From: an uncultured Planctomycetaceae bacterium | Lineage (GTDB): Bacteria; Planctomycetota; Planctomycetia; Planctomycetales; Planctomycetaceae | Reading direction: 5' to 3' | Assembly (NCBI GenBank): GCA_963815195.1 | Contig: CAWFGE010000004.1 | Coordinates: 1 to 64,000 of the forward strand | DNA length: 64,000 bases | Part shown: positions 1 through 11,310 of the stretch, in pieces | How the letters are laid out: each line of letters starts with the position of its first letter | How positions within the stretch are numbered: the stretch's first letter is position 1 | Program-made: the position numbers and the translations under genes | Notes under the pieces: generated by a model | Seen by the model: the letters and a program-made list of their open reading frames with translations, nothing else | Databases searched by the model: none | What the model was told of the DNA's origin: nothing

Positions 1-388
1 GCTGATCGACGCCCTTAGCCTTCGCATCCGCTCCATCACGCGGGGAAAATCGACCGCGGTTCGTTCGGGGATGTTCACGGCGAACTCACCGGCGTATTTG
101 GCGACTCCGAGCGGCGCGGGCGGCGCTGATCAAACTTTTCGAAGGCACACAGCCCACGTTCAGACAATCGCCGCCCATCAGTTCGCGCTCAATCAGCGCC
201 ACTTTGGCGCCGAGTCCCGCCGCCCCCGCCGCCGTCACCAACCCCGCCGTGCCCGCCCCGATCACAACCAGATTGTACCGGCCCACCGGTGTGGGATTTT
301 CCCAGTCCGGCGGATGCACGTTTTGTTCGAGCGTCCGGTTGTGTTCGTCCAGCGGGAGTAACGCAGGGAATTCGCGATTCACGACCAC
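1..388 (-). CDS. Pyridine nucleotide-disulfide oxidoreductase (mercuric reductase/lipoamide dehydrogenase family), 5' part; apparent frameshift near 108; runs off the window start
   Basis: VVIGAGTAG FAD motif and GGDCLNVGCVPSK redox disulfide. The reading continues in another frame as GVAKYAGEF...VDFPRVMERMRRLRASIS. Confidence 0.85.
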
Positions 389-551
389 AACCGGTTCCTG
401 AACCTTGCAGGCGAGCGGCCGGCGTCCGCCGGGGGATCATTCATGAACGCTTCAAGTTCGCTCAAGTTGTCATGCTCAAATCTCACCATGAACACGTACT
501 TCCCAAGATCATGAAGCTGACGCCCCACGCTCGCCATTGGTCATTGGGATA

Positions 552-1427
552 TTATTTTCCCGCGGCTTGTTTGGCGGCGAGTTCTTGGCACTTGGAAACT
601 TCGGGATTCGGCGTCGCATCGCCTTCCACCATGTTGAGCACCCACCGCACGGCGTTTTCGGTCGATTTCAAAAACCTTGGATCGGTCCACGTCTGATCGT
701 TGTGGCCCAGGTTGTTATAGAAAATCTTCCCATCGCCCCACATCCGGCACCAGGCAACCGGGACGTGATAAGGCTTCGAGGGGTTGCATTTCGCCATGTC
801 GAGGCTCATCAATACGTGCACGTTTTCGGGAACCCAGTTCACGTATTGGTAAATCTCATCCTGGATCTGAAACTCCTTTCCGAAGGGTTTCATCGCGGGA
901 AAATCTGTGTCGTGCACGCTGATCGTCACATTGTTGTTCCAGGTCCAGGGATGGCCGTTGAAGGTGCCGCCGATCATTTCGCGATACCAGGCATCTTCGG
1001 GTTTGTCGTTGCGGTAGGTGTCGGTGGCGGAGTGAAACCCGACCACGCCGTGGCCTTTTTGCTTCAGCCAGACGTTGGTGAGGTACTCGTGGTCCTCCTG
1101 GGAGATGGGCAGTTCGCCTGTCGTGTAGAGCATGAGGATGTCGTATTTTTGCAGGTTGTCTTTGGTGACATCTTCTGCATTCTGGGTAGAGTCCACGCTA
1201 AACAAGCCCGTCTGCTGGCCGAGCTGCGTCATCGCGATTTCCGCCGGAGCGAGTTTCTGCGGCCGGCCCCGGCGGTTCACCGCGCCGTGCACGAAGCCTT
1301 TGCTCTCTGTCAAAAACAACACGCGGGCTTTTTTGTCCGGCTTTTCCTCCGCTTGGAGGGAAGGGAAAGACGACAGCGAAACCGCGAGCATCAACAGCCC
1401 AAACAACGATCGGCGAAACAACATCAC
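552..1427 (-). CDS. ThuA-like domain protein, secreted
   Basis: Signal peptide; SKGFVH, GVVGFHSATD, GGTFNGHPW, DEIYQ and IFYNNLGHN motifs of the ThuA family. Confidence 0.85.
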   Translation of the reverse strand: MMLFRRSLFGLLMLAVSLSSFPSLQAEEKPDKKARVLFLTESKGFVHGAVNRRGRPQKLAPAEIAMTQLGQQTGLFSVDSTQNAEDVTKDNLQKYDILMLYTTGELPISQEDHEYLTNVWLKQKGHGVVGFHSATDTYRNDKPEDAWYREMIGGTFNGHPWTWNNNVTISVHDTDFPAMKPFGKEFQIQDEIYQYVNWVPENVHVLMSLDMAKCNPSKPYHVPVAWCRMWGDGKIFYNNLGHNDQTWTDPRFLKSTENAVRWVLNMVEGDATPNPEVSKCQELAAKQAAGK

Positions 1428-1571
1428 AATCTCCTCTCCAGGGGAATCTCAAGCAACGGGCGAAATTCAACCACCCGGTAATGACGGGCTGTTTGTCATA
1501 TCTTAAACTGACGGCCGCGCAGGTGCTATTGACAGCCCAAAAGCGGGGCAAAAAACTTTCAGGAGTCCAAA

Positions 1572-2102
1572 GTGACCACGCCCAACGACGACAAAGCGAT
1601 CCTGGCGGAAGGCCGGCATTTGCGGTTGGTGAGCCGAGGCGGTTGGGAGTTCGCCGAGCGGCCGCACGTGACGGGGATTGTGGTCATCGTCGCCGTGTCC
1701 CCTGAAGACAACCTGATCCTCGTCGAGCAATACCGCCCGCCCGTGGGCCGGCGGGTGATCGAACTTCCCGCCGGACTCGCGGGAGACGTGGCCGGGGCGG
1801 AGGAAGAAGATTTGAGCGAAGCCGCCCGCCGGGAACTCTTGGAAGAGACCGGCTACGACGCGAAAACCTTTACGAGGCTGTTCGAAGGACCGCCCTCGGC
1901 CGGGATGTCTTCGGAACTGCTCACGTTTTTTCGGGCGGAGGGACTCACCAAAGTCGAAGCCGGCGGCGGCGATGAATCCGAAGACATCCAAATCCACGAA
2001 GTCCCCCTCGAGCAGGTCCGCGCATGGCTGGATGAGCGTATCCAAGCGAACGACGTTTACATTGATCCCAAAGTTTTCGCGGGCCTATGCTTCGTCGATT
2101 GA
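1572..2102 (+). CDS. NUDIX hydrolase (ADP-ribose pyrophosphatase-like)
   Basis: LVEQYRPP..ELPAGL and Nudix box AARRELLEETGY. Confidence 0.9.
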   Translation: MTTPNDDKAILAEGRHLRLVSRGGWEFAERPHVTGIVVIVAVSPEDNLILVEQYRPPVGRRVIELPAGLAGDVAGAEEEDLSEAARRELLEETGYDAKTFTRLFEGPPSAGMSSELLTFFRAEGLTKVEAGGGDESEDIQIHEVPLEQVRAWLDERIQANDVYIDPKVFAGLCFVD

Positions 2103-3194
2103 GAGAAGTGCCGCGACCAGCTTTTGAATGTCGTCTGCATTGGTGTAAGCGTGCGGGCTGAGGCGGACTCTTCCCTGCCGGGCATTGACGACGATACCCC
2201 GCTCCAACAGCTTTCGCTTGATGACGAGCGGATCGGTTTTAGGCAACGTGAAGGCCAAAATGCCGGAACGATGCGCGGGTTCCAAATTGCTGGCGATCGT
2301 TGCTCCGATTTGCTGAAGTTCGGAAATCAAGGCATCGGTGACTTCCAGAATCCGCCGGGTGATCGCTTCGGCCCCAAACTCCGCTAAGAACTCGAGGGCC
2401 GCCGCGAGACCCGCGAGGCCGACCATGTTGTACGTGCCGCCTTCGTAACGGGCCGCGGTGTGTTTGAGGCGGTAACTCGTATCGGCAAAGTCGCCCGCCT
2501 GCTCCACGCTGTTCCACCCGACGCCTAGAGGCCGGAGCCAATCCAGATGCTCCCGGCGGACATAAAAAATCCCCGCCCCTTCCGGGCCAAGCAGCCACTT
2601 GTGCCCGTCAGCCGCAAGAAAATCCACCGGGATCTCCTGGACATCCAGCGGAAAGACGCCGAGCCCCTGGATCGCATCCACAAACAGCTTCGCCCCGGCC
2701 CGGTGAGCCAACTCGGCCATCGCCTCCAAATCGTTCCGCCAACCGGTCGCATAGCCGACCCAACTCACGGACACAATTCGCGTGCGCTCATCACACGCCG
2801 CGGCGATCTGGTCGAGATCGGCTCGCTCATTCGGCGCGGCGACTTGTCGAACTTCGACGCCCTCGTCTTTGAGGTTCATCCACGGATACAAGTTGCTGGG
2901 AAACTCGCTCGCGAGCGTGACCACGTTGTCGCCTGGTTGCCAGCGCACGCCCTCGGCCACCAGGTTGATGCCTTCCGTCGTGCTGTGGATCAGGGCGATT
3001 TCTTCGTGAGAGGCACCCAATAACCCCGCGGCGAGTTTTCGGGCCGTCTCCACGGTTTTCCGCCACGAGGGCCAATCCGCGGTGCCGTGTTCGCTCATCG
3101 ATCTCGCCCAACTCGATACGGCTTCGCTCACCGGATCCGGCAACGGCGCCACCGCCGCGTGATCGAAATACGCAAGCCGCCCGGTCACGGGCAT
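2085..3194 (-). CDS. Class V aminotransferase (cysteine desulfurase-like PLP enzyme)
   Basis: YFDHAA, STTEGIN, VDAIQ, ADGHKWLLGPEG (PLP lysine), RLSPHAY. Confidence 0.9.
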   Translation of the reverse strand: MPVTGRLAYFDHAAVAPLPDPVSEAVSSWARSMSEHGTADWPSWRKTVETARKLAAGLLGASHEEIALIHSTTEGINLVAEGVRWQPGDNVVTLASEFPSNLYPWMNLKDEGVEVRQVAAPNERADLDQIAAACDERTRIVSVSWVGYATGWRNDLEAMAELAHRAGAKLFVDAIQGLGVFPLDVQEIPVDFLAADGHKWLLGPEGAGIFYVRREHLDWLRPLGVGWNSVEQAGDFADTSYRLKHTAARYEGGTYNMVGLAGLAAALEFLAEFGAEAITRRILEVTDALISELQQIGATIASNLEPAHRSGILAFTLPKTDPLVIKRKLLERGIVVNARQGRVRLSPHAYTNADDIQKLVAALLSIDEA

Positions 3195-3297
3195 CCGCTC
3201 GCGAAACGTGGTCCAAGGGTGATCGATCAGGGCATTCCTATTTCATGAGACGGCAAAGCCACCGCCAACGTGGGGTTGGCTTGCCGCGGCGGGCCGA

Positions 3298-5337
3298 TTA
3301 TTCCTTGTCGGTCGGAGACTTCACGCCCTTGGGCGATTCTGCCGGCTTGCTGTGTTGCGCGACGGTCGGCTGTTGGACGTGGAGTTTGTCGAGTTCCAGA
3401 TGCGTCGGGGCATAGTCGCCCCTCATCCAGCGGACGAGCATGTCCATCTCATGCTCCGTGAGTTTCCCCTCGTACGCAGGCATCTGGTTTTTCGATCCAT
3501 AGTGCCGATCCGCGCCGGGGTTCGCGATGAAACTTCCGAGCCACTCGGCCGAACCGTAATTGACGAGCGTGGGATAGCCGCTGCCTTCCTCGTCCACGGT
3601 GCGGGCATGGCAATCGAAGCAGCTTCCCGCATCCGCGAGCGGCCCTTCGCCGGCCGAAGCGTCCTCGAGAATCTTCGCTCCTCTTTTTGCCAGATCGGAA
3701 TTGTACTCCAGCGGTTCGAACGTGCGGGAAACCTTGTCGGCCTCGATCGCCTGGGCCACGAAAAACTCGGCGATGGCGTCGAGCGATTCTTTATTTTCGG
3801 GCTTCAGCAAGCCCTTTCCATAGTCGGCCGACCAACTCGCCATCTCGCCGTCTTCGATGTTGATGTAATCGCCCGCCTCCTCGCCCGCGGCTTTCTTCTT
3901 CTGAATCTCCTGATACCACTTGGACTGTTCGAGAGGCTTAAAGTGATTTTTGTAGTCGGTGATGATGTCCTTGATCCATTCCCGCGAGCCGAAGGTTCCC
4001 AAATCCGCGGCGACGGGCGGGACTTCGACTCGTTTCGGTTCGCCATTTTTATCTTTTATTGGTTTGCCATCTTTATCTTTCATCTCGTCCGTGACTTTTT
4101 CGCCCTGGCCGTTGAGTCCGGCAAAATGATGGCAGCCGGCGCAGTTCTTTTTGAAAATCTTCGGGCCTTGGACGAGCGGATCGTTGGGCAGCATCGTCAC
4201 CGCGCCTTCCACGGGAATCATGCTGCGGGGATTCTTGGCGATTTCCATCACCCGCTCGGCATCCATGTGGGCCTTTTCGATCGCCGCCTGATGGTCCGCG
4301 TTATTCAGATCCTCATAATACGCCCATCCCGTGAGTCCGATGATGATCACGCACATCACCGACGCAAACAGCACGTTGAAGCGATGGCCCCATTTCCACA
4401 GGGCGATGATGGGCATCAAAATCAGGATCGTCATCAAAAGGCCGGGGACATAAATCGCCCCGAACGCGAGGCCGTGCTCTTCGACCCATTCAAATTTCAG
4501 GAAGCGGAACAGAAACAGAAAGTACCATTCGGGCCGGGCCGCGCTGTAGTTCTCCGTGGGGTTCGCGGGGGCGCTGAGCTCGGCCCCTTGATAAATCGCG
4601 AGCCCCAACACCGTTGCCAGCACCGCGAGACAAGCCACCGCGTCCCGCAGCACCTGGTCGGGCCAGAACGTCGTTTCCGGAGCGCGGTCGGGCTTGGGCA
4701 CGGTGATCCCATGCCGGCGGAAGACGTAGATATGGATCCCCAAAAACGCCACAAGCAGCGCCGGGAGAAGCCCCGTGTGAAGGGCAAAAAACCGCGTGAG
4801 CGTGTGATGTCCGTATTCCTTGCCGCCTTGGACCAGTTGCTGCACCTGTGCGCCGACGACCGGCGTGGCGCTGGCAATGTTGGTGGAGACTTTGGTGGCG
4901 TAATAGCCTTTCTGATCCCAAGGCAGGAGATAGCCGGTGAGCGAGAGGCCGAGGACGATCTGCATCAAGATCAAGCCGACCCAGAAGTTGATTTCGCGCG
5001 GCGCGCGGTAGGCCCCGTCGATGATGACTTGCATGAGGTGCAGCGCCATCAACACGACCATCGCCTGGGCCGCGAAGTGGTGAATCCCCCGCACAATGTT
5101 GCCCAGGTACATCACTTCGTTGATGTAGTACACGCTTTCCCAGGCGGTCTGGGCGCTCGGGGAATACGCGGTCCACAGGAAGAAGCCGGTAATCATCTGC
5201 ACGGCGAAGGTGAAGACGAGCGTGCTGCCCCACACGTACCGCCAGCGGGCGCCGCCGGGGATGCGTTCGTAAAGGGCTTCGTGCATGAGGCCCCGGTAGC
5301 CCGTGCGGTGATCGAGCCAATCGAAGAGTCTTTTCAT
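3298..5337 (-). CDS. Cytochrome b (Rieske/cyt b complex) fused to a C-terminal di-haem cytochrome c region
   Basis: GIHH...LHL and FFALH...GIH haem ligands, TGYLLPWDQ, PEWY; two CxxCH motifs (CAGCH, CFDCH). Start taken at MKRLFDW, which overlaps the Rieske stop. Confidence 0.92.
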   Translation of the reverse strand: MKRLFDWLDHRTGYRGLMHEALYERIPGGARWRYVWGSTLVFTFAVQMITGFFLWTAYSPSAQTAWESVYYINEVMYLGNIVRGIHHFAAQAMVVLMALHLMQVIIDGAYRAPREINFWVGLILMQIVLGLSLTGYLLPWDQKGYYATKVSTNIASATPVVGAQVQQLVQGGKEYGHHTLTRFFALHTGLLPALLVAFLGIHIYVFRRHGITVPKPDRAPETTFWPDQVLRDAVACLAVLATVLGLAIYQGAELSAPANPTENYSAARPEWYFLFLFRFLKFEWVEEHGLAFGAIYVPGLLMTILILMPIIALWKWGHRFNVLFASVMCVIIIGLTGWAYYEDLNNADHQAAIEKAHMDAERVMEIAKNPRSMIPVEGAVTMLPNDPLVQGPKIFKKNCAGCHHFAGLNGQGEKVTDEMKDKDGKPIKDKNGEPKRVEVPPVAADLGTFGSREWIKDIITDYKNHFKPLEQSKWYQEIQKKKAAGEEAGDYINIEDGEMASWSADYGKGLLKPENKESLDAIAEFFVAQAIEADKVSRTFEPLEYNSDLAKRGAKILEDASAGEGPLADAGSCFDCHARTVDEEGSGYPTLVNYGSAEWLGSFIANPGADRHYGSKNQMPAYEGKLTEHEMDMLVRWMRGDYAPTHLELDKLHVQQPTVAQHSKPAESPKGVKSPTDKE

Positions 5338-5993
5338 ACCGGCACCTTCTCCCCGAGCGTGGCCCGAAATTCCTGATACTTCACCCAAATCTCGCTTTCG
5401 CCCTTGTCGTTTTTCACGACCTTCACGTCGAGGGCATCCAGGTCGCGGGGTGGGATTTTATTCTTCTTTTCGCCGCTGAGTTCGAAGGCGCTCGTGTGGC
5501 AGGGGCAATAGAACTCCGCCTTTTGATCGGCCGGCGCCACGCGGAATTCCACGGCACACCCCAGATGCGGGCAGGTGACGTTGAACGCCTGCACGGTCTC
5601 GCCGTCGTCCGCGATCCGCAAATAGACCGAGCCGATGGGTTGCTCGGGATACCGCGTCCACTTATCGACTTTGGATGAGATGATCGGAACCTGCACGGGC
5701 ACCTGCGATTCCTTGAGCTGATCGAGCGTCAGTCTGACTTTGGTAAAGCCATCATTCTCACCGTCTTCACCCGCCTCGGCTTTTTTTCGGCGGAACAAGG
5801 GATCCAGAAAAAACAGCGTCCCCGTGACGAGGGGCACCAGTCCCACCAAAACGCCGAGCGTCCCCGCGAGCACGGACGCCAAGAAGCCCCGGCGGGGTTG
5901 GTCGGAAGGGGATTCGGGAGGCGGAGCGGATTCAGAAGCGGAAAGTTTCTCGGTCATCGGTCGAACTCCGGAAACGGACGACGCGTTGCCCAA
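5334..5993 (-). CDS. Rieske 2Fe-2S subunit
   Basis: Tat-like PRRGFL plus TM helix; CPHLGC and CPCH boxes; IPPRDL. True start may be near 5957. Confidence 0.92.
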   Translation of the reverse strand: MGNASSVSGVRPMTEKLSASESAPPPESPSDQPRRGFLASVLAGTLGVLVGLVPLVTGTLFFLDPLFRRKKAEAGEDGENDGFTKVRLTLDQLKESQVPVQVPIISSKVDKWTRYPEQPIGSVYLRIADDGETVQAFNVTCPHLGCAVEFRVAPADQKAEFYCPCHTSAFELSGEKKNKIPPRDLDALDVKVVKNDKGESEIWVKYQEFRATLGEKVPV

Positions 5994-6094
5994 TCGATTG
6001 TATCGGGAAGATTGGAGAGCGCCTTGAGTGTGGATGTTTTCGGGCAGGATGTTGGCGGGAGTGGGGAAGCGAGCGGGGATTTCGCTCGCCGGAT

Positions 6095-7081
6095 TTATTG
6101 GGTCATGGCGGTTTTCATGCTGGCCAGAATTTGCTGGACGGCTTTGTTTAAGGGACCCGAAAGGATGGCGCCCGCGGCCTGCTTGTGGCCGCCGCCGCCG
6201 AACTCTTCGGCAATCTCGGCCACGTTCAAATCGGATCGGCTGCGGAAACTGACTTTCACGGTTTTGTTGAGTTGTTCAATGGCGATAAACGCGGCTTCGG
6301 TATCCGCGATTTTCAAGGTTTCGTTGACGAGATCCTCGGTATCGACCGGCTTGGCGTGCGTGGCGTCGAAATCGCTTTGCTTGACCACAATATACGCCAA
6401 TCGGCCGTCGCACTCGAGCTTCACCCCCGCCAGCACGCGGGCCGAAAGCAGCACGCGGGCCAACGAATTTCGCTCGTAGAGCTGTTCATATATTAAATGG
6501 GGCTTCGCCCCCAAGTCAATTAAGCGTCCGATGGTTCGCATCGTCTGACCGCTGGTCGAAGAGAACCGAAACCACCCGGTGTCGGTCGCAATCGCACAGA
6601 ATATCGGCAGCGTCATTTCCGGCGTGATTTCCAAATCCAGCGCATCCGCCATCCGCACGATGAGGGCCCCGGTCGCTTCGGCCGTCGTGTCTTTGAACTC
6701 CACCGCCCCGAGATCGTCAGAGCTGACGTGATGATCGATCACCACGCGCACAGCCGTGGTCTTCCGCAAGACTTTCCCGACATCGACCAACTGCACCCAG
6801 GCGCTTGTATCCAGGATGATGTGCACGTCCGTGTCGAGCACGGCGTCGGGGGAAATGTCCCGCCCGATTTTCATCACGCGGCTGTCGGGATCGAGAAAAA
6901 AAAGATTGTCGGGAAGCGCCGAGGGGTTCACGATCCGCACGCTTTTGCCCAAGCCCTTGAGGAGCATCGCCATCGCCAATTCCGATCCCAGCGCATCGGC
7001 ATCCGGGCGGACGTGGCTGGACAGCACGAACCGCTCGTTGTCGGCGATGATCCGGCGAAGGGGCTCCCAATCGATCTTCAT
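6095..7081 (-). CDS. nrnA: DHH family phosphoesterase (bifunctional oligoribonuclease/PAP phosphatase)
   Basis: HVRPDADALGS, LDT, IDHH, TDTGWF, VSFRS, GGGGHKQAAG. Confidence 0.88.
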   Translation of the reverse strand: MKIDWEPLRRIIADNERFVLSSHVRPDADALGSELAMAMLLKGLGKSVRIVNPSALPDNLFFLDPDSRVMKIGRDISPDAVLDTDVHIILDTSAWVQLVDVGKVLRKTTAVRVVIDHHVSSDDLGAVEFKDTTAEATGALIVRMADALDLEITPEMTLPIFCAIATDTGWFRFSSTSGQTMRTIGRLIDLGAKPHLIYEQLYERNSLARVLLSARVLAGVKLECDGRLAYIVVKQSDFDATHAKPVDTEDLVNETLKIADTEAAFIAIEQLNKTVKVSFRSRSDLNVAEIAEEFGGGGHKQAAGAILSGPLNKAVQQILASMKTAMTQ

Positions 7082-7262
7082 TCCGACATCGTAACGGCCC
7101 CACGCCAAATTCGCGAGCCTGCCGCCACGCTCTTTGAGTCCGGCGGATTGGGTGCCACCCGAGTTTATACTTTTGAAACAGGTGCGGCTCTTTGCGTCGG
7201 GCGGCGGATTGCGGTACAACCGATGGAGTAAGATCCCTTCGTGACGCCGCCCGCAGAGCCGC

Positions 7263-10068
7263 TTGATGCCGATAGAGTTTCATTACCCCGAGTTCTTTCT
7301 GCTCCTGATCCCGTTGGCCCTCGCGTTCAAACGCTGGGGTTGGACCAAGGACCGCGCGACGGCGGGGCTGCGGCTGGCGACGGCTTTGCTGCTTTTGCTC
7401 GCGCTCACGGGGCCGGAAGTCAACCTGGGCGGCGAGGGGTTGGACGTGATCGTGGTCGTGGACCGATCGCGGTCGATGACGGACGCCGCGGGCAAGAACG
7501 CGGTCGAGCTGATCGAAAACCTCGACCGAAACCGCGGGCCCGGCGACCGCGTGGGGATTGTGACGTTCGGCGGCACCGCCGAAGTCGAACGTCTGCCCTC
7601 GCAGCAGGCGCTGCATCGGGCGTTCGAGAAAAGCGTCTCCGACAGCGGCAGCGATTTGAATGCCGCGATTTTGACCGCGCTGAGTCTCGTCGATCAAAAC
7701 CGGCCCGCACGGATTCTCGTGCTCAGCGACGGCGAATCGAACGGAGCCGACCCCCGCGCCGCCGCCCGGCGAGCCCGCGAAGACGGGGTGCCGGTGGATT
7801 ACCGGGTTTATGAGCGTTCACGCGGCGGGGATGTGGCGATCGATGCGCTGACGTTGCCCCGCACCATCGCCCCGCGCGAGCCGTTCCAGTTCAGCGTGCG
7901 AATTTATGCCGACCGAGACGCCTCGGCGACGGTGGAAGTCTCGCGGGACGGCCAGCCCTTTGCGACCCGCAAGGTGCAACTGCTCGCCGGTTCCAATGCC
8001 GTCGCGTTTCGGGACCTGCTCGAAGAGGGCGGGTTTTACACTTATGAAGGCAAGGTCCTCGTGGCCGACGATCCCGTCCCCGAAAACAACCAGGGCACCG
8101 GCGTCGTCCGCGTGGACACGGGTCCGAAGCTGTTGGTGCTGAGTCCCACGGGGGAAACCGACAATCTCGTGAAGGCGATCCGGGCGGCGAAGATCGATGT
8201 CGAAGTGGCGGCCGCGAAATCCCATCCGCTCACGCAGGATTCGCTCGACCCTTACCGGGCGGTGATTCTGGAAAACGTGCCCGCCGACGACTTGGGCCGA
8301 TTGAAAATGGAGCGCCTCGCCCAGTTCGTCGAAGATCTGGGCGGCGGATTGATGCTCACCGGCGGCGAGCAAAGCTTCGGCAACGGCGGCTACTACAAAA
8401 GCCCGCTCGAAGATGTGCTCCCGGTGTCGATGGAGCTTCGCGACGAGCACCGCAAGCTGCGGGTTGCGATCGCCGTGGTCCTCGATCAGTCCGGCAGCAT
8501 GTCGGCCCCGGTCCAAGGCGGCGAGACCAAAATGGACCTCGCCAACCAGGGCACGTCCGAGGTCGTGCGGATGCTTTCCCCTCAGGACATGGTCGCGGTG
8601 ATTTCCGTCAATACGCGGGCCCACATCGTCCAGGAACTGACCAAGGTGGACACCCCCGACGCCATCGCCGCCCGCGTGACCAGCATCGGCAGCGGCGGCG
8701 GCGGGATTTATGTCTACGAAGCCTTGGAAGCCGCCGGCTGCGGAACTCCTGGCGGCCGAGGATTATCAAACCCGGCATATCATTCTGTTCTCCGACGCCA
8801 ACGACAGCGTGCAAGAAGGCGGCTATAAAGACCTCCTGGACGGTTACACCAAGGCGGGGATCACCGTCAGCGTGATCGGGCTGGGAAAAGACACCGACAT
8901 CCATGCGGGGCTGCTCAAGGACATCGCCAAGCGCGGCGGCGGGAACATCATGTTTACCGACGATCCCCAGGAACTCCCGCGGCTCTTCACGCAGGACACC
9001 ATGACCATCGCCCGCAGCACGTTCATCAAAAAAAACGAATCGCAGCCGGCGGGCATTCCCGGCGAGTTGTTGTCCGAACGGGCCCGGCTGATGGGGGAGT
9101 TCGACTTCGGGCGGTTCCCGCGCGTGGACGGTTACAACCTCTCCTACCTCAAACCCCAAGCCACGCCCGCGGCGGTCTCGCGGGATGAATACAAAGCCCC
9201 GCTCGCGGCGTTCTGGTATCGCGGCTTGGGGCGGTCGGCGGCCTTGGCGATGGAAGTCGCGGGCGAATACACCGGCGAGTTCGGCCGTTGGAAATTTTAC
9301 GATGACTTCCTCATCAACCACGCCCGCTGGCTGTTGGGCGGCGGCAATGTGGGCGAGGTGTATATCGACCTCGAACGGGACGGGCAGGATGCCGTGGTCA
9401 CGGTGGAACTCGATCCGAGCCGGCAAGCGGGTCTCGCGAAAAAGCCGCCACGGTTGTTTGTCGTCCCGCCGGGTTTGGAGCGGGAAAAAACGCTGCTGCC
9501 GGACTTTCAATGGATCGGCCCGAATACGCTCCGGGCGCGATTTCGTATGGAGGAAACCGGCACGTACCGGACGCTCGTCCAAACCGAGAACGGCCGGCTA
9601 ACCCGCGGCCCTGCCGTGACTTTGCCCTATTCTCCGGAATACGCCCCCCGGCCGGAAAGCGAAAACGGCCGGCTCGTCCTGGCCCGAATCGCGGACATGT
9701 CCGGCGGACAATCCCGCACCGATGTGCTCTCGATCCTCGCCGACCCGCCGCGGACCGCGCGGATGCTGCCGATCTTGCCGTATCTGGTGATCGCGGCGAT
9801 CGGGCTGTTGGTGACGGAAATCGCGGGCCGGCGGTTGTCGCTGTGGAAGCCGGCCCCCTCCGCCGCCCCGGATGCGACGACGGAGTTGTCCGTCGATCCG
9901 GCCCTGGGCTATCGGCAGCGGTGGTTCTCCCGCCGGCGAAAACTCCCCAAGCAACCGATCCCGAGCGAACCGCAAGAAACCCTGGCGACGATGGAGCCCC
10001 GCAAGAACGTCAACCAAATCTACGAACGCGCCGAACAGCGCGCCCGCAGCCGAATGCAGAACGAATAG
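7263..10068 (+). CDS. Membrane protein with two VWA domains and a glutamine amidotransferase-like region; apparent frameshift near 8737
   Basis: MIDAS motifs DRSRSM and DQSGSM, LSDG; GGGLMLTGGEQSFG. ORFs 7263-8828 and 8710-10068 join as YEALEAA/AELLAAEDYQTRHIILFSDA. Confidence 0.8.
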
Positions 10069-10071
10069 CGA

Positions 10072-10189
10072 TTTCGTAGCAAGAGCCGCGCACGCAGTGA
10101 GCGGATTTGAAGGACCGCTTACTTCGTGCGCGGCTCTGTTCCTGCGCGGCTCTGTTCCTGCGCGGCTCTGTTCCTGCGCGGCTCTGTTC
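10072..10189. repeat. REP-like inverted repeat whose right arm is tandemly amplified (16-bp TGCGCGGCTCTGTTCC x4)
   Basis: AGAGCCGCGCACGCAGTGAGCGG...CCGCTTACTTCGTGCGCGGCTCT, with period-16 copies from 10127. Same family as 26297-26468. Confidence 0.85.
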
Positions 10190-10340
10190 GCCGTTTGGAC
10201 AATCCCGGTCCGGTCCGGTAAAGTCGGCAGACCGCGCTGGCGAATGGGGAATTTCTGAGCGCGTCTTCCTCTTCCGGGCCGATGCGGAAACGGAGACCAG
10301 CCACTGTTTCCCTTCGTTCGCCGCGGTTGAGAGTTCGTTC

Positions 10341-11303
10341 ATGCCCGCCATTCCTCCTTCACCCTTGAAGATGGGTGCTTCACGTCTCCGAAGCACGGTC
10401 ATCCAGATTTTCGCCGGTGTGTTGTTTTGCGGAGGTTTGTTTTCGATCAGCCTGCCGGTGTTGTCGTTCCTCGCGGGAGGCCCGGACGAAACCGCCTCGG
10501 CCCCCCCGGCGTTTGCGCCGTCCGAAACGCCGTATGAAGTCGCCGTCGACCTGCCCACCGAAGATCTGCACGGGCGGGAAGCCCTCGAATGCGACTTGAA
10601 GCTGCTGCACGAAGGGCTCCGGCTTTTAAAACAGACTTCGGACTACACCGGCACGTTTTACAAGCACGAGCGGATCAACGGTGTGTTGGACCACGGCAGC
10701 TTGATCGAAGTGAAGAGCCGGCACAAACCGTTGAGCCTGTACCTCAAATGGCTCGAAGGTGACGCGGGGCGGGAACTCTTGTTTGTCGAAGGCCAGCACG
10801 ACAACGAAATGCTCGTGCGGCTCGGTGGAATCCGCGGGCGATTACTGCCGGTGTTGAAGATCGATCCCGACGGCGAACAAGCCCGCGAGAAAATCCGCCA
10901 TCACGTCTCGCACGTGAGCCTGCTAAAAATGGCCCGCACGGTGGTCGCGTTTCGCGAGCAGGATCTCAACCGGCTGCCAAATATGACCTGCGAATTGATC
11001 GTCAAACCCGCGGGCGACGACGCAGGCTGCCTGTTGTGCGTGACGGAATATGAAAGCCCCAGCGTGTGCGCGGAATACCGCAAGACGATCCACCTGCTCG
11101 ATCCCGGCACGCTGCTCCCCGTGACGATCAAAACCTACGGCTGGCCTTTAGGCGAGTCGGCGTTGAAACTGACCGGCGAGGCATTGGACGCCGAGACGCT
11201 GTTGGAGCATTACAGCTATTCGCAGCTGCGGTTCAATCAGCAACTCGCGGACAAAGACTTCGACCGCAACAACCCCGACTACAATCTGCACCGGCGGTTT
11301 TAG
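10341..11303 (+). CDS. DUF1571-like protein
   Basis: N-terminal TM; DYTGTFYKHERING, KSRHKPLSLYLKW, GRELLFVEGQHD, LLEHYSY...DFDRNNPDY. Confidence 0.8.
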   Translation: MPAIPPSPLKMGASRLRSTVIQIFAGVLFCGGLFSISLPVLSFLAGGPDETASAPPAFAPSETPYEVAVDLPTEDLHGREALECDLKLLHEGLRLLKQTSDYTGTFYKHERINGVLDHGSLIEVKSRHKPLSLYLKWLEGDAGRELLFVEGQHDNEMLVRLGGIRGRLLPVLKIDPDGEQAREKIRHHVSHVSLLKMARTVVAFREQDLNRLPNMTCELIVKPAGDDAGCLLCVTEYESPSVCAEYRKTIHLLDPGTLLPVTIKTYGWPLGESALKLTGEALDAETLLEHYSYSQLRFNQQLADKDFDRNNPDYNLHRRF

Positions 11304-11310
11304 ATGCGGG

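Noticed and set aside
1..388. Mercury resistance operon
   Set aside because: Only the N-terminus of a MerA/Lpd-family enzyme is visible, with no NmerA domain and no mer genes upstream.
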